DNA of 62,902 nucleotides, filler included, from Klebsormidium nitens (lineage: Eukaryota > Plantae > Klebsormidiophyceae), in assembly GCA_000708835.1 (NCBI GenBank). It is 10 parts of 10 records of this genome, joined end to end, with 100 filler letters (N's around TTAATTAATTAA, not from the genome) between each part and the next. Parts side by side here need not be neighbours in the genome. Positions count along the whole stretch, not along the records: positions 50,849 to 53,020 come from DF237397.1; positions 53,121 to 55,048 come from DF237046.1; positions 55,149 to 61,597 come from DF238238.1; positions 61,698 to 62,902 come from DF238686.1; 6 more parts are not named here. One strand, 5' to 3'. This document shows positions 50,749-62,902 of this stretch, piece after piece. A program made the translations under genes and the position numbers. Under the pieces are notes generated by a model. It saw only the letters and a program-made list of their open reading frames with translations. It did no database searches and was not told the DNA's origin. Each line of letters starts with the position of its first letter. Position 1 is the first letter of the stretch.

Positions 50749-52453
50749 NNNNNNNNNNNNNNNNNNNNNNNNNNNNNNNNNNNNNNNNNNNNTTAATTAA
50801 TTAANNNNNNNNNNNNNNNNNNNNNNNNNNNNNNNNNNNNNNNNNNNNCGATCATCATCTGACGGTCTGTGCTTGTTGGATATGAACAGCTGTCAGGATC
50901 TCGGGCTCTGGAAGTTGGCCAGTCGCCTGCAAGATTTGAATTCAAACTGGCTGTTCCTTCAACTTCCTTCGTCTTGACTCTTCCCTGAATCGAATCCGCA
51001 GCACTGCGCCGTGCAGTTGTTGGCGGGCAGCGGCACCGGTAGCCATTGGCGGACTCTGGAGGACCTTACCCTAAGCCTGCGTAGTAACGTTGGTTCTTTA
51101 GACAATTCGCAGTGGTGTGCACGCGGAAGGGCAGCTCATGGCTCATGGCGCCTCTCATGGCTGCTTCACAGTCAGAGCGATTAAGCTGCCGGTTCACACC
51201 GCTTGACCCAGGAAGAGGAGACAGACGCTGCGGCCGCAGGCAGAGTACAACGAAAGAGCCCTCATAAGCAATAGCACAAGCGACTACTTGCGGCTGCAGG
51301 ATCTAGATGCGAGGATAATTGCTCAGCACAAAGCAAGCGAATGCGTTCCATTGCAGCAGCGGACTTAGTGCTTCTCGAATGAAAGATAATAACGAGATAG
51401 TAAAGGTCTGTTCAAGCGGCTTGCTTTGGACAGAAATCTTGCACAGCAGGCGGAAATGCATGGGAGCCGATACAGAGTCTTGTCCATAATTTGGAGAGCT
51501 TTTTGAGGTGAGTCAACAATTTCGTCATGATTGACTCCATAGCGGGGGTGAATTGTCTAGCGTACGCATCCGCGGGGAATGTGAGAAGGTGGGCGGCTGG
51601 CTCAAAAAGTCACAAAAGAAAAAGTTACCCGGTCAACTTTCCACCTCTGCTGTCCGCCTAAGGTACAGCACTACGTGCCTTGAGTTTGCCCTTGTCGTTG
51701 CTCACAGCGTCCGATCACAGCTAGATTTCCTTGTTGACTCTCTGCAAATTCAGGAACTTGGATCAATGATAAAAGACAGCTGTAAAGAAAGTCCGTCTTC
51801 GTCATAGTACCCTTTTGCAAACCATCCACAGACCTGCATGCTGTTGTCAGTTACACACAGAAAGGAAGAATTTGAAGTGTGCAAAACACTGGATCTTTTG
51901 CACACAGCATGCAAGTCAGCTCATTTAGCTAGCTGTCAGCACAGCTCTTCCCAGTGTTCTTGGTTTACTTGTTGATCTCATGCGGATCATGCTTTGCCTT
52001 TCACAAAGCTTTCCATGAGGTCGCCGTCTTCCTATGTGTTGCTTTTGAGTTCTTTTGAGCTGCAATTCCAATTGTCTGCCATTGAGAGCTCACTCAGGAA
52101 GTGTGTTAACAAAGCTTCGATCCTGACTCCTGAGATCTATGATTATAAGCTCTTTGGATGTCAGCAGGCCGATAACCAGATAAACTTTCAGCAAGTAATA
52201 ATGTCCCCTTCATGAGGTTCTGCAAATTCTGCCCAACAGCAACTTTATCTAGCGTTTTGCTGCTCACAATGCACCGCTTTTGCAGGGCTTCTAGGCATAG
52301 TCCTTCTCTGGGGTAAACTGTGTTTTAATGATCTTCAGGAGTACCATGGGCAGCATATCTTTCCCCATAACTCCAGTCTGTGTAAAGCTATTTATGCAAA
52401 GTCAGGTGCTGACCGCTGCTCTCCTTCCATCAACAGGTACTTAAGTCAATGAA

Positions 52454-52529
52454 ATGAAGATGGCGTCAAGCATAAGGCAGGTGGTCACGGTGGTGGCGCT
52501 ACTCGCGCTGCTCACAACTAGTGTATCAG
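52454..52529 (+). CDS. Possible first exon of a secreted protein (signal peptide); rest not recoverable before the gap
   Basis: MKMASSIRQVVTVVALLALLTTSVS followed by a G|GTGAG donor; candidate acceptor TTTTTGCCAG at ~52610. Confidence 0.35.
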
Positions 52530-53120
52530 GTGAGCGGATGCGGCCTACAATCACTCAAGCTTCCGTTTTGGAGGTCAACTGAAGCCTGAAGTAAAAATGC
52601 TTTTTGCCAGGTGAAAGAGGGTATACTGCTTTACCTTGCTTCCTGGACCTTTGTGTGTAGTGCCCCGGCACACAAACTGTGCCAGTTGCATTGCGTGAGC
52701 TGGTTCCAGTGAAGACAGAATCATTCACTTATCACGGCTTCTTGAAAGCATCTGTGGTATGCTTCTGTATGTGGGTACTGAAATTGAGGAAATTGAGCGC
52801 TTTTGAAACTCATCAAATCTGCTTTCAAAAGTAGGTTGATATATTATGGAATCCAAGATTTAGTACCCTAAGCAGCTGCCTTTTACCATCTGTGGCCAAC
52901 TCTAAGCACACATGTGCTCTTCTTCCAATCAATCCTTTCAATAAGTTACCCCCTTTTCTCCATGCTTCTTCATCTGCTCCTCCCCTCTCAGTTGCCCCTG
53001 GTTTTCCACTTTATTTCTGANNNNNNNNNNNNNNNNNNNNNNNNNNNNNNNNNNNNNNNNNNNNTTAATTAATTAANNNNNNNNNNNNNNNNNNNNNNNN
53101 NNNNNNNNNNNNNNNNNNNN

Positions 53121-53232
53121 ACATGCATGGCTGCCATCAATGAGTGATGAGGATGGGTGTCGGGCAATTCACAATAAGACCCGAAACGAATATCCAGTTC
53201 TACACTACGATCCCTCACCACGAGTTTCAACA
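53121..53232 (+). repeat. Copia-family LTR, 3' fragment
   Basis: GCATGGCTGCCATCAATGAGTGA...GAGTTTCAACA matches the 3' part of the LTR at 48498-48620 (reverse). Confidence 0.75.
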
Positions 53233-53408
53233 AATGAGCGTGTATCACAATGAGAAAAGGTACGTATAGCGACTTCTCGCTGATGCCTGGTACGACGTGA
53301 CCGCTTATGGATCTCAAAGTGCAAAGTTGCGTGGGTCGGAATGCCATTTGGGCTTCGATTCCGGCCAACGTTTCTCATTGCATCACATGTGTGCCAAGAC
53401 ATCAAGTT

Positions 53409-53896
53409 TGTTAGCTTTTGGTGATTGACCTCAGCCGAACTGCAGTCTGATTACGGTTCGGCCTAAGTTAGGTTTAAACTAGTGAGCGCCAGCGTTCGTC
53501 ACGGTACGGCGGTTGGTCGGTGAATCCGTTAGGCGGTTTGGGGGTTAGGCGGTTGAGAGAACCATCAATGTTAGCCGTAGATGAGTATATTGAAGGCTAA
53601 GATTGAGTGTGATTGTGTCCTAGGCCAGTGAGCCTAGTAGTGTGTGACTTAGGCTACTGAGCCTGGTGGAATGGGAGAGACCTGTATGGTGGTGGAAACC
53701 ACAAATGTGATACATGTGATACATTATTCGAAGAGAACTTTGTAAAGAAGGAAGCCGCTTTCCAGGCGCTTCGTGTGTTCGTCGTAGGATGCATGGCTGC
53801 CATCAATGAGTGATGTGTTTGGGTGCCGGGCAACACGACAAAACCCAATGACGATAAAACAACTACACTGCGAGTTCCCTACTATGAGTTTCGAAA
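53409..53896 (+). repeat. Diverged solo LTR of the same Copia family
   Basis: Colinear with the full LTR (TGTTAG... to GAGTTTCGAAA); flanked by AAGTT / AAGTG, a likely 5-bp TSD with one mismatch. Confidence 0.72.
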
Positions 53897-54868
53897 AAGT
53901 GACGCCAACTTGTACTTTTATTTGATATGAACCGAAGCTCAAAGATTCTTACTTAGTGTTTCAGTAGCACGCAATCAGACCAACACCGATTCGACTTTTC
54001 AAAATCTCCTTGCTCTTCAAGCGCACATTGGACCAGCCTTCTAACCCTCCTCCTTTATATCATCTGTTGGGGGTCTTCAAATCATGGATGTAAACAAGGT
54101 CATTGCACCTTGGGACTTATTCTCAAATCGGTGATTGAAATAATGACGCAGATAATCATGGGCTATTTTTGGATGCGACCATTTTGGGACTCACAGGAAG
54201 CGAAGTGGAGAAATGTGCCGGATTGTACACTGACTGAAAAGCGCAGACAATATTTGACACTGGAGGGAGTTTGAAAAATGCAACATGATCACGGTTTTCT
54301 ATCCCCCACCAGGAGCTGCAGAACATGAGATTACAGCTGATGTAGAAATGATGTAGGGAAATGCAAGCTTGCTCCAACAGATCGTTCAGATGCGCGAAAT
54401 AGTGAGTGACGCGTGCTGCATTGTACTATAGCTAACAGTCAGTCTGATCAAGTAAATGAATTCTACCCGTGACAATATGCAGGACGATGATCAACAGGAT
54501 TGAGTGACATGGGGAGACAACTAGCAACGCCGATCAAATCTGAGATGGTTTCGACGTTTGGCGTTGTCAATTGATCCACTGTGTAATCAAAACCTTGTCC
54601 TTATTCACTTGCCGTGGCTAGAAGCTGGAAGAGCACTGTGCAGTTTGCAATACAAATGATGTGGCACATGAGCTAAGTTGAAACACAACATTGTTGGAAG
54701 GGATGTTGAATCAATCACACAATGGTATATGGAGTTTCGAATGAGGGCCTACCTTTAAGTCCACACTACTAGCATAGTAGGCTCAATGGAGCGTCTTTAT
54801 GTAAGACCGAGAATTTCACTCGATACCGTACATCGACGGGTAATCTAGACCCGACTTCATATCGACGG

Positions 54869-55048
54869 TGTTAGAATCCGGTGATTATGGTCAGCCGGAT
54901 TACTCCGTGATTAGGGTTCGGACCGAGTTAGGGTTTGAACTAGTGAGCGCCGGCGTGCGTGCACAGCGGTTAGGCGGTTAACCTTGGAGGTTAGGCGGTT
55001 GAGAGGGCCGCCGATATGGAGCCGTAGATGAGGATATCGATGGCTATG
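54869..55048 (+). repeat. Copia-family LTR, 5' part (truncated by gap)
   Basis: Only a couple of differences visible versus 47619-47798. Confidence 0.85.
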
Positions 55049-55641
55049 NNNNNNNNNNNNNNNNNNNNNNNNNNNNNNNNNNNNNNNNNNNNTTAATTAA
55101 TTAANNNNNNNNNNNNNNNNNNNNNNNNNNNNNNNNNNNNNNNNNNNNAGCCGATCCTGTCCCATCGGACCTAGCTGGCCGCGAATTCTGACCCTCTTAT
55201 TACTGGATTGCAGTGCACAGGCAATGTGCTGACCAGTGCATGATGGATCCCTCTTTCCCTGCGGCCTGCTCCACAAATTCCACTGTGGCAGAGGAGGCCC
55301 CAGTAGGGTAACGTACGTGGGAGGGATTGAGCCTTTGCGCGCCTCCCCCGCGTACAGTGATTTCCAGGAGCCCGGCGCTGACCTGGCAGCTCGAACTGAC
55401 GTCGCTGTGCAAACGCGTCCGTGCATCGTCTATTTCGACGACGCACCGAACTCAGCACAGCGCAAAGCTGGGGTTTTGTGTATCGTCGAATGAAGCTTGC
55501 TGACGTGAGACAGGGGGAGGCTGCGCAGCTCAGCGCGGCTTGTTGCTGGCACACAGCTTGAAGTTGAACTTGAAGTTGAAGGAAGACTTCCTCAGTTTCT
55601 GGCGCACCAACGGGGAGCTGTGGTGCTGCTGCGGTGGCACA

Positions 55642-58600
55642 ATGGCCTTTTCAGCATCTTGCTCGAGCTTGGCGAGGTGTCCAGAGCGTTGCCTTTCTCT
55701 TCTACAACCACCAGCACGTCAGACGGGGGGGTTCACAATGCTCGCGCTGGAGCCGAGTTGCAGTGCGTTGCCACTTTGTTGCCGAGTTGGTGCGTTGTTG
55801 AGGAGGTCAGTCAATGGCCGAGCCATTTCGTTGAGAGGCCTATCCAACGAGTTCCGGAGCCGGCACCCCGTGTTGGGGTTTAGAAAGGCAGCGTTGCAGC
55901 GGCAATGCTCGAGTAGAAGGAGAGGGATTGTTTGCAGCATTCCTGAGACAAGTACCTCGGAGGCGGAAACGCACGAGGCTCCAGCTTCAACTAGTGCAGA
56001 GGGACACTCCGCACCCGAGCAGGAAAGCAGTTCGCCAGAGTCCAACAACGCTCCTGTCAAGGATGGCCACCCCTCTTCCAGTTCCTCTGCTCTTTCCTCC
56101 TTGGACTCGTACTTTCAGCAATTGGCGGGGACGGCAGCGGCTGAGGCCTCAAAGAGCGTGTCGATAGATGTGCGGCCAAGTGCGACGTCTTCGCAGGGGA
56201 CTGCGAGCAAGAGCGGGGTCAAGTTGACAGAGAAGAAGAAGACAAAGGACCAGGAGGGGTTGAGTGCTCTGGATGCGTACTTTGACATGCTGAACCCTCC
56301 CAAACAAACTGGTAAGCAGACCGTTTGGGCAATTCTGGAGTTTGAATTGTAAACTGCAGTATGGAAATTGTGTGTTGTTTTCAAATTTTGCGCACGGCAA
56401 CGTCTCGTCGTCTATGTGCAACCACCAGTACTTCCCATGATATGACCAGACTATACAGAAATTGCTTTGAATATGAGTGAGCCAAGGCGGTTGTGCAAGG
56501 TCTGGCGCTCTTTCAATAATTTTGACGAATGCCGTTGCTTTTATCCTTTATACCACCAGGTTATTACCTTTGTGCTGCAGCTGAACTGTTTACAATATTA
56601 AGGGGGTTGGCTACTGGCTCTTCCGTATCTACAAACACTTCCTCTTGAGGTCTTTGGACTCCACAGCTTTTTTCACAAGCCTGAAGAGATTACAAACTCT
56701 TCAGGCCAGGTCAATTCGAGCACTTGAAGTCTTAAGAAGGCATGAAGAACTCAGAGGGGAAAAAAGGGAAGAAAAAGGACTTACAGAAAAGAGAGAAAGG
56801 GAAGAGACTCTGCTTTCCGTCCGTCTGTGCTGTTCCTGATTGCAGCTTGTCGGTCAATGTTTTTGTGCAAGTGTTGTGGCGGTTTTGTTTTCATAAACTA
56901 CCTGGGTGAGGCATTCAAGACAGCTGACCGTTTGTAGCTACAACTCAGTTTATGCTTTCTGGCCCACAAAGCCCCCTTAAATGTGTATTTTTATCAAGGA
57001 TATCTTGGACATGACTCGCTGGGATTCCTGTAAAATCAATTTTTGATGATAATGTGGCTGTCTTCATTGAAAGAAAGGACAGTAAGGTTCTAGATTGGCA
57101 TCCTATTGGAGATGCTTGCATTGTGAGGCTTACAGGACCTTCTCAGTACCTGCGTTGAAATTGTCAGGGGGGGCGGTTCTTCTGAGCGTCACTCTCCAGT
57201 TGGGATTTCAATGCTAGAGTCAGCATCTTTCATTTGAGAATGCTAATCAGCAGTTCTGCTCAGAATTGCTCCTAAGCACCCTGTTGTGCCAAAGCATTCC
57301 ACTCTGTCAGGGGGTCATTGGAGAGAAACTCATTACTCAAGGCGTCTTCCAAGTAGGCTCTGTTGGCCCCCTATCTGACGATCCCCTTTGGGAGTTCGTT
57401 TCTTTGGGCCTTAAGCAATCCTGTTCCTTGTTCCCTTTCTCATCCAACCCTCCTGTCTCCTTAGAGCCAAAGGTGGAGAAACCAGTGCCTGTGGCTACGG
57501 CCAGCACAAGCGAGAAGAAAGACGAGACCACCGCAGACGACGTGGATTTCCGCAAGGAGGTGATGGACGCATGGAAGAAGACGTTTGAGGAGGAGGAGAA
57601 CCAGCAGGAAGCGCTAGACATGGCGCAGAAGGCGCTGGATATCGTCATCCAGGAGGAGCTCAGCCCGTGGAACCGCTTCCTTTTGCAGCACACCCCCAAC
57701 GGAGTGTAAGGAAGCTTCTAACTCAATTCTCTGCTTCATTGTCTTTTGTGTACTGTGTCGGGGTTTCTTTCCTAGCACCAGCATCCTTTGGCAGCGCAAG
57801 GGTGAGAAGGCAGCTTTACCTGAAGCCAGCCTGTGTTAAATCGGACCCTTCTTCACATTCTGCGTTAGCTGTCTGTACCTTTGTAGAACTGCAGAGAATC
57901 TCGCTTGAAAGGACAAAGCCCCAGGATTGGTCCCGCTTTACTGGGTTGACCAGGCCATGCATGTGGTTTGGTTTCCTTTCTTGCCATATTGCCCATATTA
58001 GCACGACCTTTTCAAGACGAAGGTGGACTTGGCCTGGATATCTCGTGGTGTTCCATTTTTCCAACCCTGACGTGATCTGAATATGTGGACGTACACCAAG
58101 TGTGCTTTCCTCTCTCGCCTGCGGTATCGTACGACCAAGGTATGAATCCGAACAAATAAACAATTATTTGCATTCGGAAAGTTGGAAACTCCAAATAAGC
58201 AGTCGGAATCTGCTTTTTCGGAAACAGAAAATAATCGTTAAGTCTGGGTCGGAAAGTGGTTTGGAAGCCCATATGAGCCCAAGGTACGTACCGGTACCCA
58301 TGAAAACCCAGAATATTAGGTTACCTAGGTACCTTGCAAGTCATTCAAGGTCGGATTCTGGAAGATAATACAAGATTGGGCTCGCGTTCGGTAAAATAAC
58401 TGCATATTTTGAGCATTCGGAATCATACCTTGGCCGTACGGTAGTTGCCATCAGCCCTTCTCCTATGTCGGATAAGACTAGAAAGGTAAAGTAGGACAGA
58501 GTCCCTCAAGATGTTTCCTTTTTGAGATTGCATTAGTCTGTGACTACATCAGTCTGTGACTACAGACAATCTCGCGAGGCAAGGAAGGAATCTTCTCTCA

Positions 58601-61095
58601 TTGCCTTCTTCACACCAGCTTATCCCGCTTATTTCTTTCTTTACAGGAACACCCTGGCGGCCATCAGCGTGGCAGTCTACCTGTTCGAGCTGGCAAGCCC
58701 GCAGACGGACCCAGGCAACTTCGCCACGTCACTTCCAAACCTCTTTGGCGCCAAGGTCAACGAGCTGATAGCGTTGGGGGAGTGGTGGCGGCTGTTCACA
58801 CCAAGCCTCCTGGTGCGTGTTTTGTCCTTTTTGGTGATGTTAAGGCGCTCTTGCGTCCCGTATCTTACCTTGTTCTTTGACCACTGCTACTCTCCCGTTC
58901 CTTTTAACGAAGCTTCAACAGTCGCATGCTTCTGACTGATTTCTACTGCTCCTCGATTGGAGATGTTTGAGGCAGTCTTCAGAGATAACGCAAATTCTGG
59001 TGACGGGATCCAAAAGCCCTAACATCAGATCGTGGGGACTGCAAGAAAGGGGCAATCAATGTCCTAACTGCAAGACCAACGAAAAGGTCCATTCACTGTT
59101 TCAAAGCGGAGTTGCTTACGTTAGGACCACTCAAACTAAGGTTTGTTGTTTTCCAGCTCGCCTAGTCTATAAGCAACTTATCTCGACCCAAGCTCACCCC
59201 GATCTTCTCGGCTCCCCTCATCCAATTTTGTCGCCCCATCTCGACAACTGCCAAAAATCTGTCTCTGCTTGCAACCCGTCTCAGAAAAGTCCGAAAGCGA
59301 CATCTCGTCCTGTCAGAACGGATCTCGGGAGAACACGGACTCTTAGCCGATCTTCGAGATTCACTTGAATTATAGTCCCTCTAACAAGCGACGGTTGTGC
59401 TCAAGAGCTTGACTTCACCTTGACTGTCCATAAGAGGACTCACAGCCAAGGAGGTTGTCTAAGAGTCCGCCCGGCATTCGTGTTTCATCATCGATTTGGT
59501 TCGTTACCGTTCCCCTGTCTTCCTGACCAAATCCGCGCTATTGTTTGGAACTTCGTGTGCACCACGCGGGCTTCTTCCAGCGTAGTCGTCGAGAACCTCC
59601 TTGCAGTTCGTCTTCTTTATCTTTCTACTCTCTCACCGTGTCCTTGTCTTCCTTGTCAATCTCGCGCTCAACCTGGTTTTTTGTATGCAGCATGCGGGCT
59701 TCTTCCATATCGGCATAAGCGTGTGGACGATGCTACTGTTCGGGCCGCAAGTGGAAGCGGCATACGGCACGACCTCCTTCGTCGTACTCTATTTCCTGAC
59801 TGGGGCGTTCGGCAACCTCATGAGCTTCTTCCAGACGCAGGATGCGACGATTGGCGGAACGGTGAGCTGAGCTTTCCGCACCTTGTGAGAAAATCAGCCT
59901 ACTTTAGAGCGTGGGGCGAAGGCGTTGGACCAAGAGGTGTTTTGCGACCTCAGACGCTTCTAGTTACGTCATTCTGGCCCCGAAGTATCTGTCGAGTCTT
60001 TTGAAAGGGGCTCAGCTTGGAGCTTACTGGACCTTTGTCGATCTTCCAACGGGAGCGGCGGTTTCTGTCTGTTCCTTCATCGTGCATCTCACGTCGGAAA
60101 CTCGAAGGAAGAGCTGTGCCGATTCAGAAATCTTGCTCTTTGGTAAGCCTTGCCGATTCTTTCTTGAACGTACAAAGATCATACAGCCTGACAGTACACA
60201 CGGCAGCCTGCACTGACCTTTGCTATTGTCAGCGTATGAAGCGGTGTCAGGCCTTGCCTGATTCTCCTCTGACGCGTGGCCCCCTCACAGGGTCCCCTAT
60301 ATGGCATGGTGGGAGCGTGGCTGATATTCCTCATCAAGAACCGGGAAGTCATTGGCAAGGAAAAGGCCGACAACATGACGCGGCAGGCGATCTTTTTGAG
60401 CGCGCTCAACGTGGCGCTCGGGAACCCGCTGCCGATCGACGACTGGTGAGCAGGACTTCTCTTCTCTGGTATGGCTGAAAACAAGAAAAACGTTCAAAAC
60501 TGTTATAGAGCGTTGGAGAACGTTTTATGTAGGAGCTGGAGTCTGCGTTTCCTCTACTTTCGGTCTGGAGGAGGTGGTACAAAGGTGGTGGTCGTAAGAT
60601 ACAATATTGGTTCAGGAAGGTCTTGAGGATCGGTCACGTTTCATTTTCGTCTCTTGTCTGGATTGCATTTGGCGAATCCTTGTTCCGGTTGCACTTCGGG
60701 GTTTTCGTGATTGGTCGGCACTTGAATCCGATGTTCCTAAGGGCCTTCACTCATACGCGTGCAGGACACATATCGGTGCTGCTCTTGGGGGCCTTCTCTT
60801 CGGAGCCCTGGCTGCCCCGAAGCTTGTCAAGAAACCTTCGGACAACTTTGTGAACGAGATCACTGATGCTTCTTTCCGTAATCTTAATGAGGTCTTTGGG
60901 GGTCAGTTAGACTACAAGTCAGCAAAGAAAATTGTAGAGTACACCATAGATCGAGAAGCGCTTGATTATAAGAAGCTAGCTTTGTCCGTAGGGGTTTCGT
61001 TGGGCTTGTTCGTGGCTTTGCTGCAAATAGGTGTAACGGGTGAAATGAACGTCCTACCATCGATTTTGAGCGCTGAGAATATCGACTTTCTTTGA
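55642..61095 (+). CDS. Rhomboid-like membrane protein, probably plastid-targeted and catalytically inactive (RBL9-like), 6 exons, ~577 aa
   Basis: Exons 55642-56311, 57465-57705, 58647-58812, 59691-59861, 60291-60445, 60765-61095 (1734 nt, in frame). GAKVNELIALGEWWRLFTPSLLHAGFFH (rhomboid WR loop), IGGTGP in place of GxSG, WTHIGAALGG; Ser/Arg/Ala-rich N-terminus like a transit peptide. Confidence 0.88.
58127..58441. mobile_element. MITE (Tc1/mariner-pogo/Tc2-like) in rhomboid intron 2, ~315 bp
   Basis: ~26-bp TIRs TCGTACGACCAAGGTATGAATCCGAA and TTCGGAATCATACCTTGGCCGTACGG, TA on both flanks. Confidence 0.75.
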
Positions 61096-61697
61096 GACGT
61101 TGCCGAGTTTTCAAAGAGTTGTGTACAGTATAGAGTTCCCTTTTCAAGCAGGACAGCTCGGCAGAACACCTTCTTATATGCTATGCGAGTGATAGGTTCG
61201 TTTAGACAACGACCCAATTTCCGCTTGCTCTTAACCCGCTCTTAAGCCCCGTTGTGGTGATTGAGTTTGTTGTGCAATTTGCATGAGCACGCTAGGTGCC
61301 AACAAACTCAATTGAGCACGCTAAGTGCCGACATCAAACAAAACTTTTGGCAGCCTTTGAAGCTATCATGTCGATGCACTGTGCTATGCAATCTGAGCGT
61401 GCATCACTGCCTTTTGTCATGGAAAATCTTGCGCATGTACTGAGTGACGAGAGTCATGCAAACTTGAAAGCATGCGAATGTAGGCGCCGGGCTGTAATAG
61501 GTCCTAGGGCCTAGGTACTCGTGACTACTACCGTTAAATGATGTTCTCTTTTACAACAGCCGTAGCCACCTGGGCCATAGGCTTCGATCTTATGATANNN
61601 NNNNNNNNNNNNNNNNNNNNNNNNNNNNNNNNNNNNNNNNNTTAATTAATTAANNNNNNNNNNNNNNNNNNNNNNNNNNNNNNNNNNNNNNNNNNNN

Positions 61698-62340
61698 AAT
61701 CCGCAGCAACCTAGCCACCACAACAAAGCAGCATTTTCAAAACGCTGCCAGAAGCAACCCTAGCACTTCTGCCTAGAGCAGCATTTTCAAAGTGCTGCGG
61801 CAACCCTAACACCCCCATCAAAGTGCTGCCAAAAGAAACCACAGCACCCTCCACCTGCCAGAAGCAACCCTAGGCCCACCAAAAAGCACCATTGAAGAAA
61901 GGCACCCCACCTGCCAGAAGCAACCCAGGCACTCCCACTAAAAAGCACAGTTTCCGAAGCGCTCTGTCAGGAGCAACCCTAGCACCCCTGCTAGAAAGCA
62001 CCATTTTTAAAGCGCTGTCAGAAGCAACCCGCGGCACCCCACCCAAAAGCACCATTTCCAAAGCGCTGCCAGAAGCAACCCTACCACCCCTGCCGAGAGC
62101 GGCATTTCTGCGACCAAAGAAACAGCATTTCCAGAGCGCTGTCAACTACAACCATAGTGTCAGCCCCAACCCTAGCACAGTAAGGCAGGATCTCCAAAGC
62201 TGCAGCAATTTTAGAACCCCACAGGGAAGCAGCATTTCCAAAGTGCTGCCAGAAGCAACCCTAGCACTTATTCTAAGAAGCACCATTTTGGTGCGGTAGG
62301 TGCTCACTTCCAAAGCGCTGCAGCACCGCTAGCAGTCCCA
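61698..62340 (+). repeat. Degenerate ~50-55 bp tandem repeat array
   Basis: Recurrent AAAG(C/T)GCTGCCAGAAGCAACCCTAGCAC-like core near 61751, 61800, 61861, 61917, 61970, 62021, 62072, 62165, 62252. Confidence 0.75.
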
Positions 62341-62902
62341 TAGCATCCCCAATTTCACAAGCAGAGAAGCGGTGTCAAGAACAACGCTGCAACCCCACCT
62401 GTGCTCTCCCCGCTGCTGTCTTCCGACAATGCCGCGCTCCTCTGCTTGCAGCGCCCGCGCTCCCTGCTTTGCAGCGCAACGCCCCCCTCCTGCACTGGTG
62501 CTATTCCCTGTGCAGCTTTGCCTTCTTCCTGCGCGCCTCGGGAGTTGCTGCTTCTGAAATGGCTGTTTGAAATGGCGCCTTGCCCCTAAGTCTATGCCTT
62601 ATGTACCCTTTCCAACAATGCCGCCATTTTCTGCCCCCTTGCAGCAACTGGCAGTCTGGAAAACGACGGCCATGCCCGGGCTGGCAGGGTCTCATGTCCC
62701 TAAGCCCGGTGGGAGCCATTGTTGGCAGCGCCATGTTCCTAAGTAGCTAAAGTGGGCGGTATGGTGCTTCGATCTTGTCCCTAAGTCTACCAACCCCCTG
62801 CCATACCATGAGACTTGGACCAGATCCCGGCCCTTTCGGAGCCTGGTACTTAAGGCCCAAGTCCCTAAGCCAGTTTGGAGTTCTCGACTCAATCGCCGGC
62901 CT

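Noticed and set aside
53121-53896. Apparent 665-bp tandem (TRIM-like) array
   Set aside because: Better explained as the 3' end of one LTR followed by an independent solo LTR with its own TSD; no PPT or PBS between them.
61892-62299. 135-aa repetitive ORF
   Set aside because: By-product of the tandem repeat; no coding evidence.

Overview
Eukaryotic, intron-rich, GC-rich genomic DNA. A plastid-type rhomboid and the intron/codon style suggest a green alga or streptophyte alga (Klebsormidium-like); this is inference only. The window is 10 contigs joined by nine artificial 100-nt N-TTAATTAATTAA-N linkers, so adjacency across linkers is not guaranteed. Contig 1 (1-27864) holds a 12-exon DEAH/RHA RNA helicase (DHX57/DHX29-like, + strand, ~1662 aa) tail-to-tail with a 10-exon RIF1 gene (- strand, ~2618 aa) that keeps animal-type C-terminal motifs. 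Contig 2 (27965-38683) is essentially one Helentron/Helitron2-type rolling-circle transposon: a decayed ~2150-aa Rep-PIF1 helicase-AP endonuclease ORF carrying two AP2/ERF DNA-binding domains, followed by an apparently intact 5-exon RPA70-like ssDNA-binding gene. The middle contigs are repeat-rich: a Copia LTR family (five LTR pieces, one gag-protease-only element), MITEs, a Helitron-type 3' end and possible Harbinger debris. The last part holds a 6-exon rhomboid pseudoprotease (RBL9-like) and a degenerate tandem repeat. Most notable: the AP2-bearing Helentron with RPA cargo, the animal-like RIF1 C-terminus, and recurrent degenerate copies of exon 5' ends inside upstream introns.
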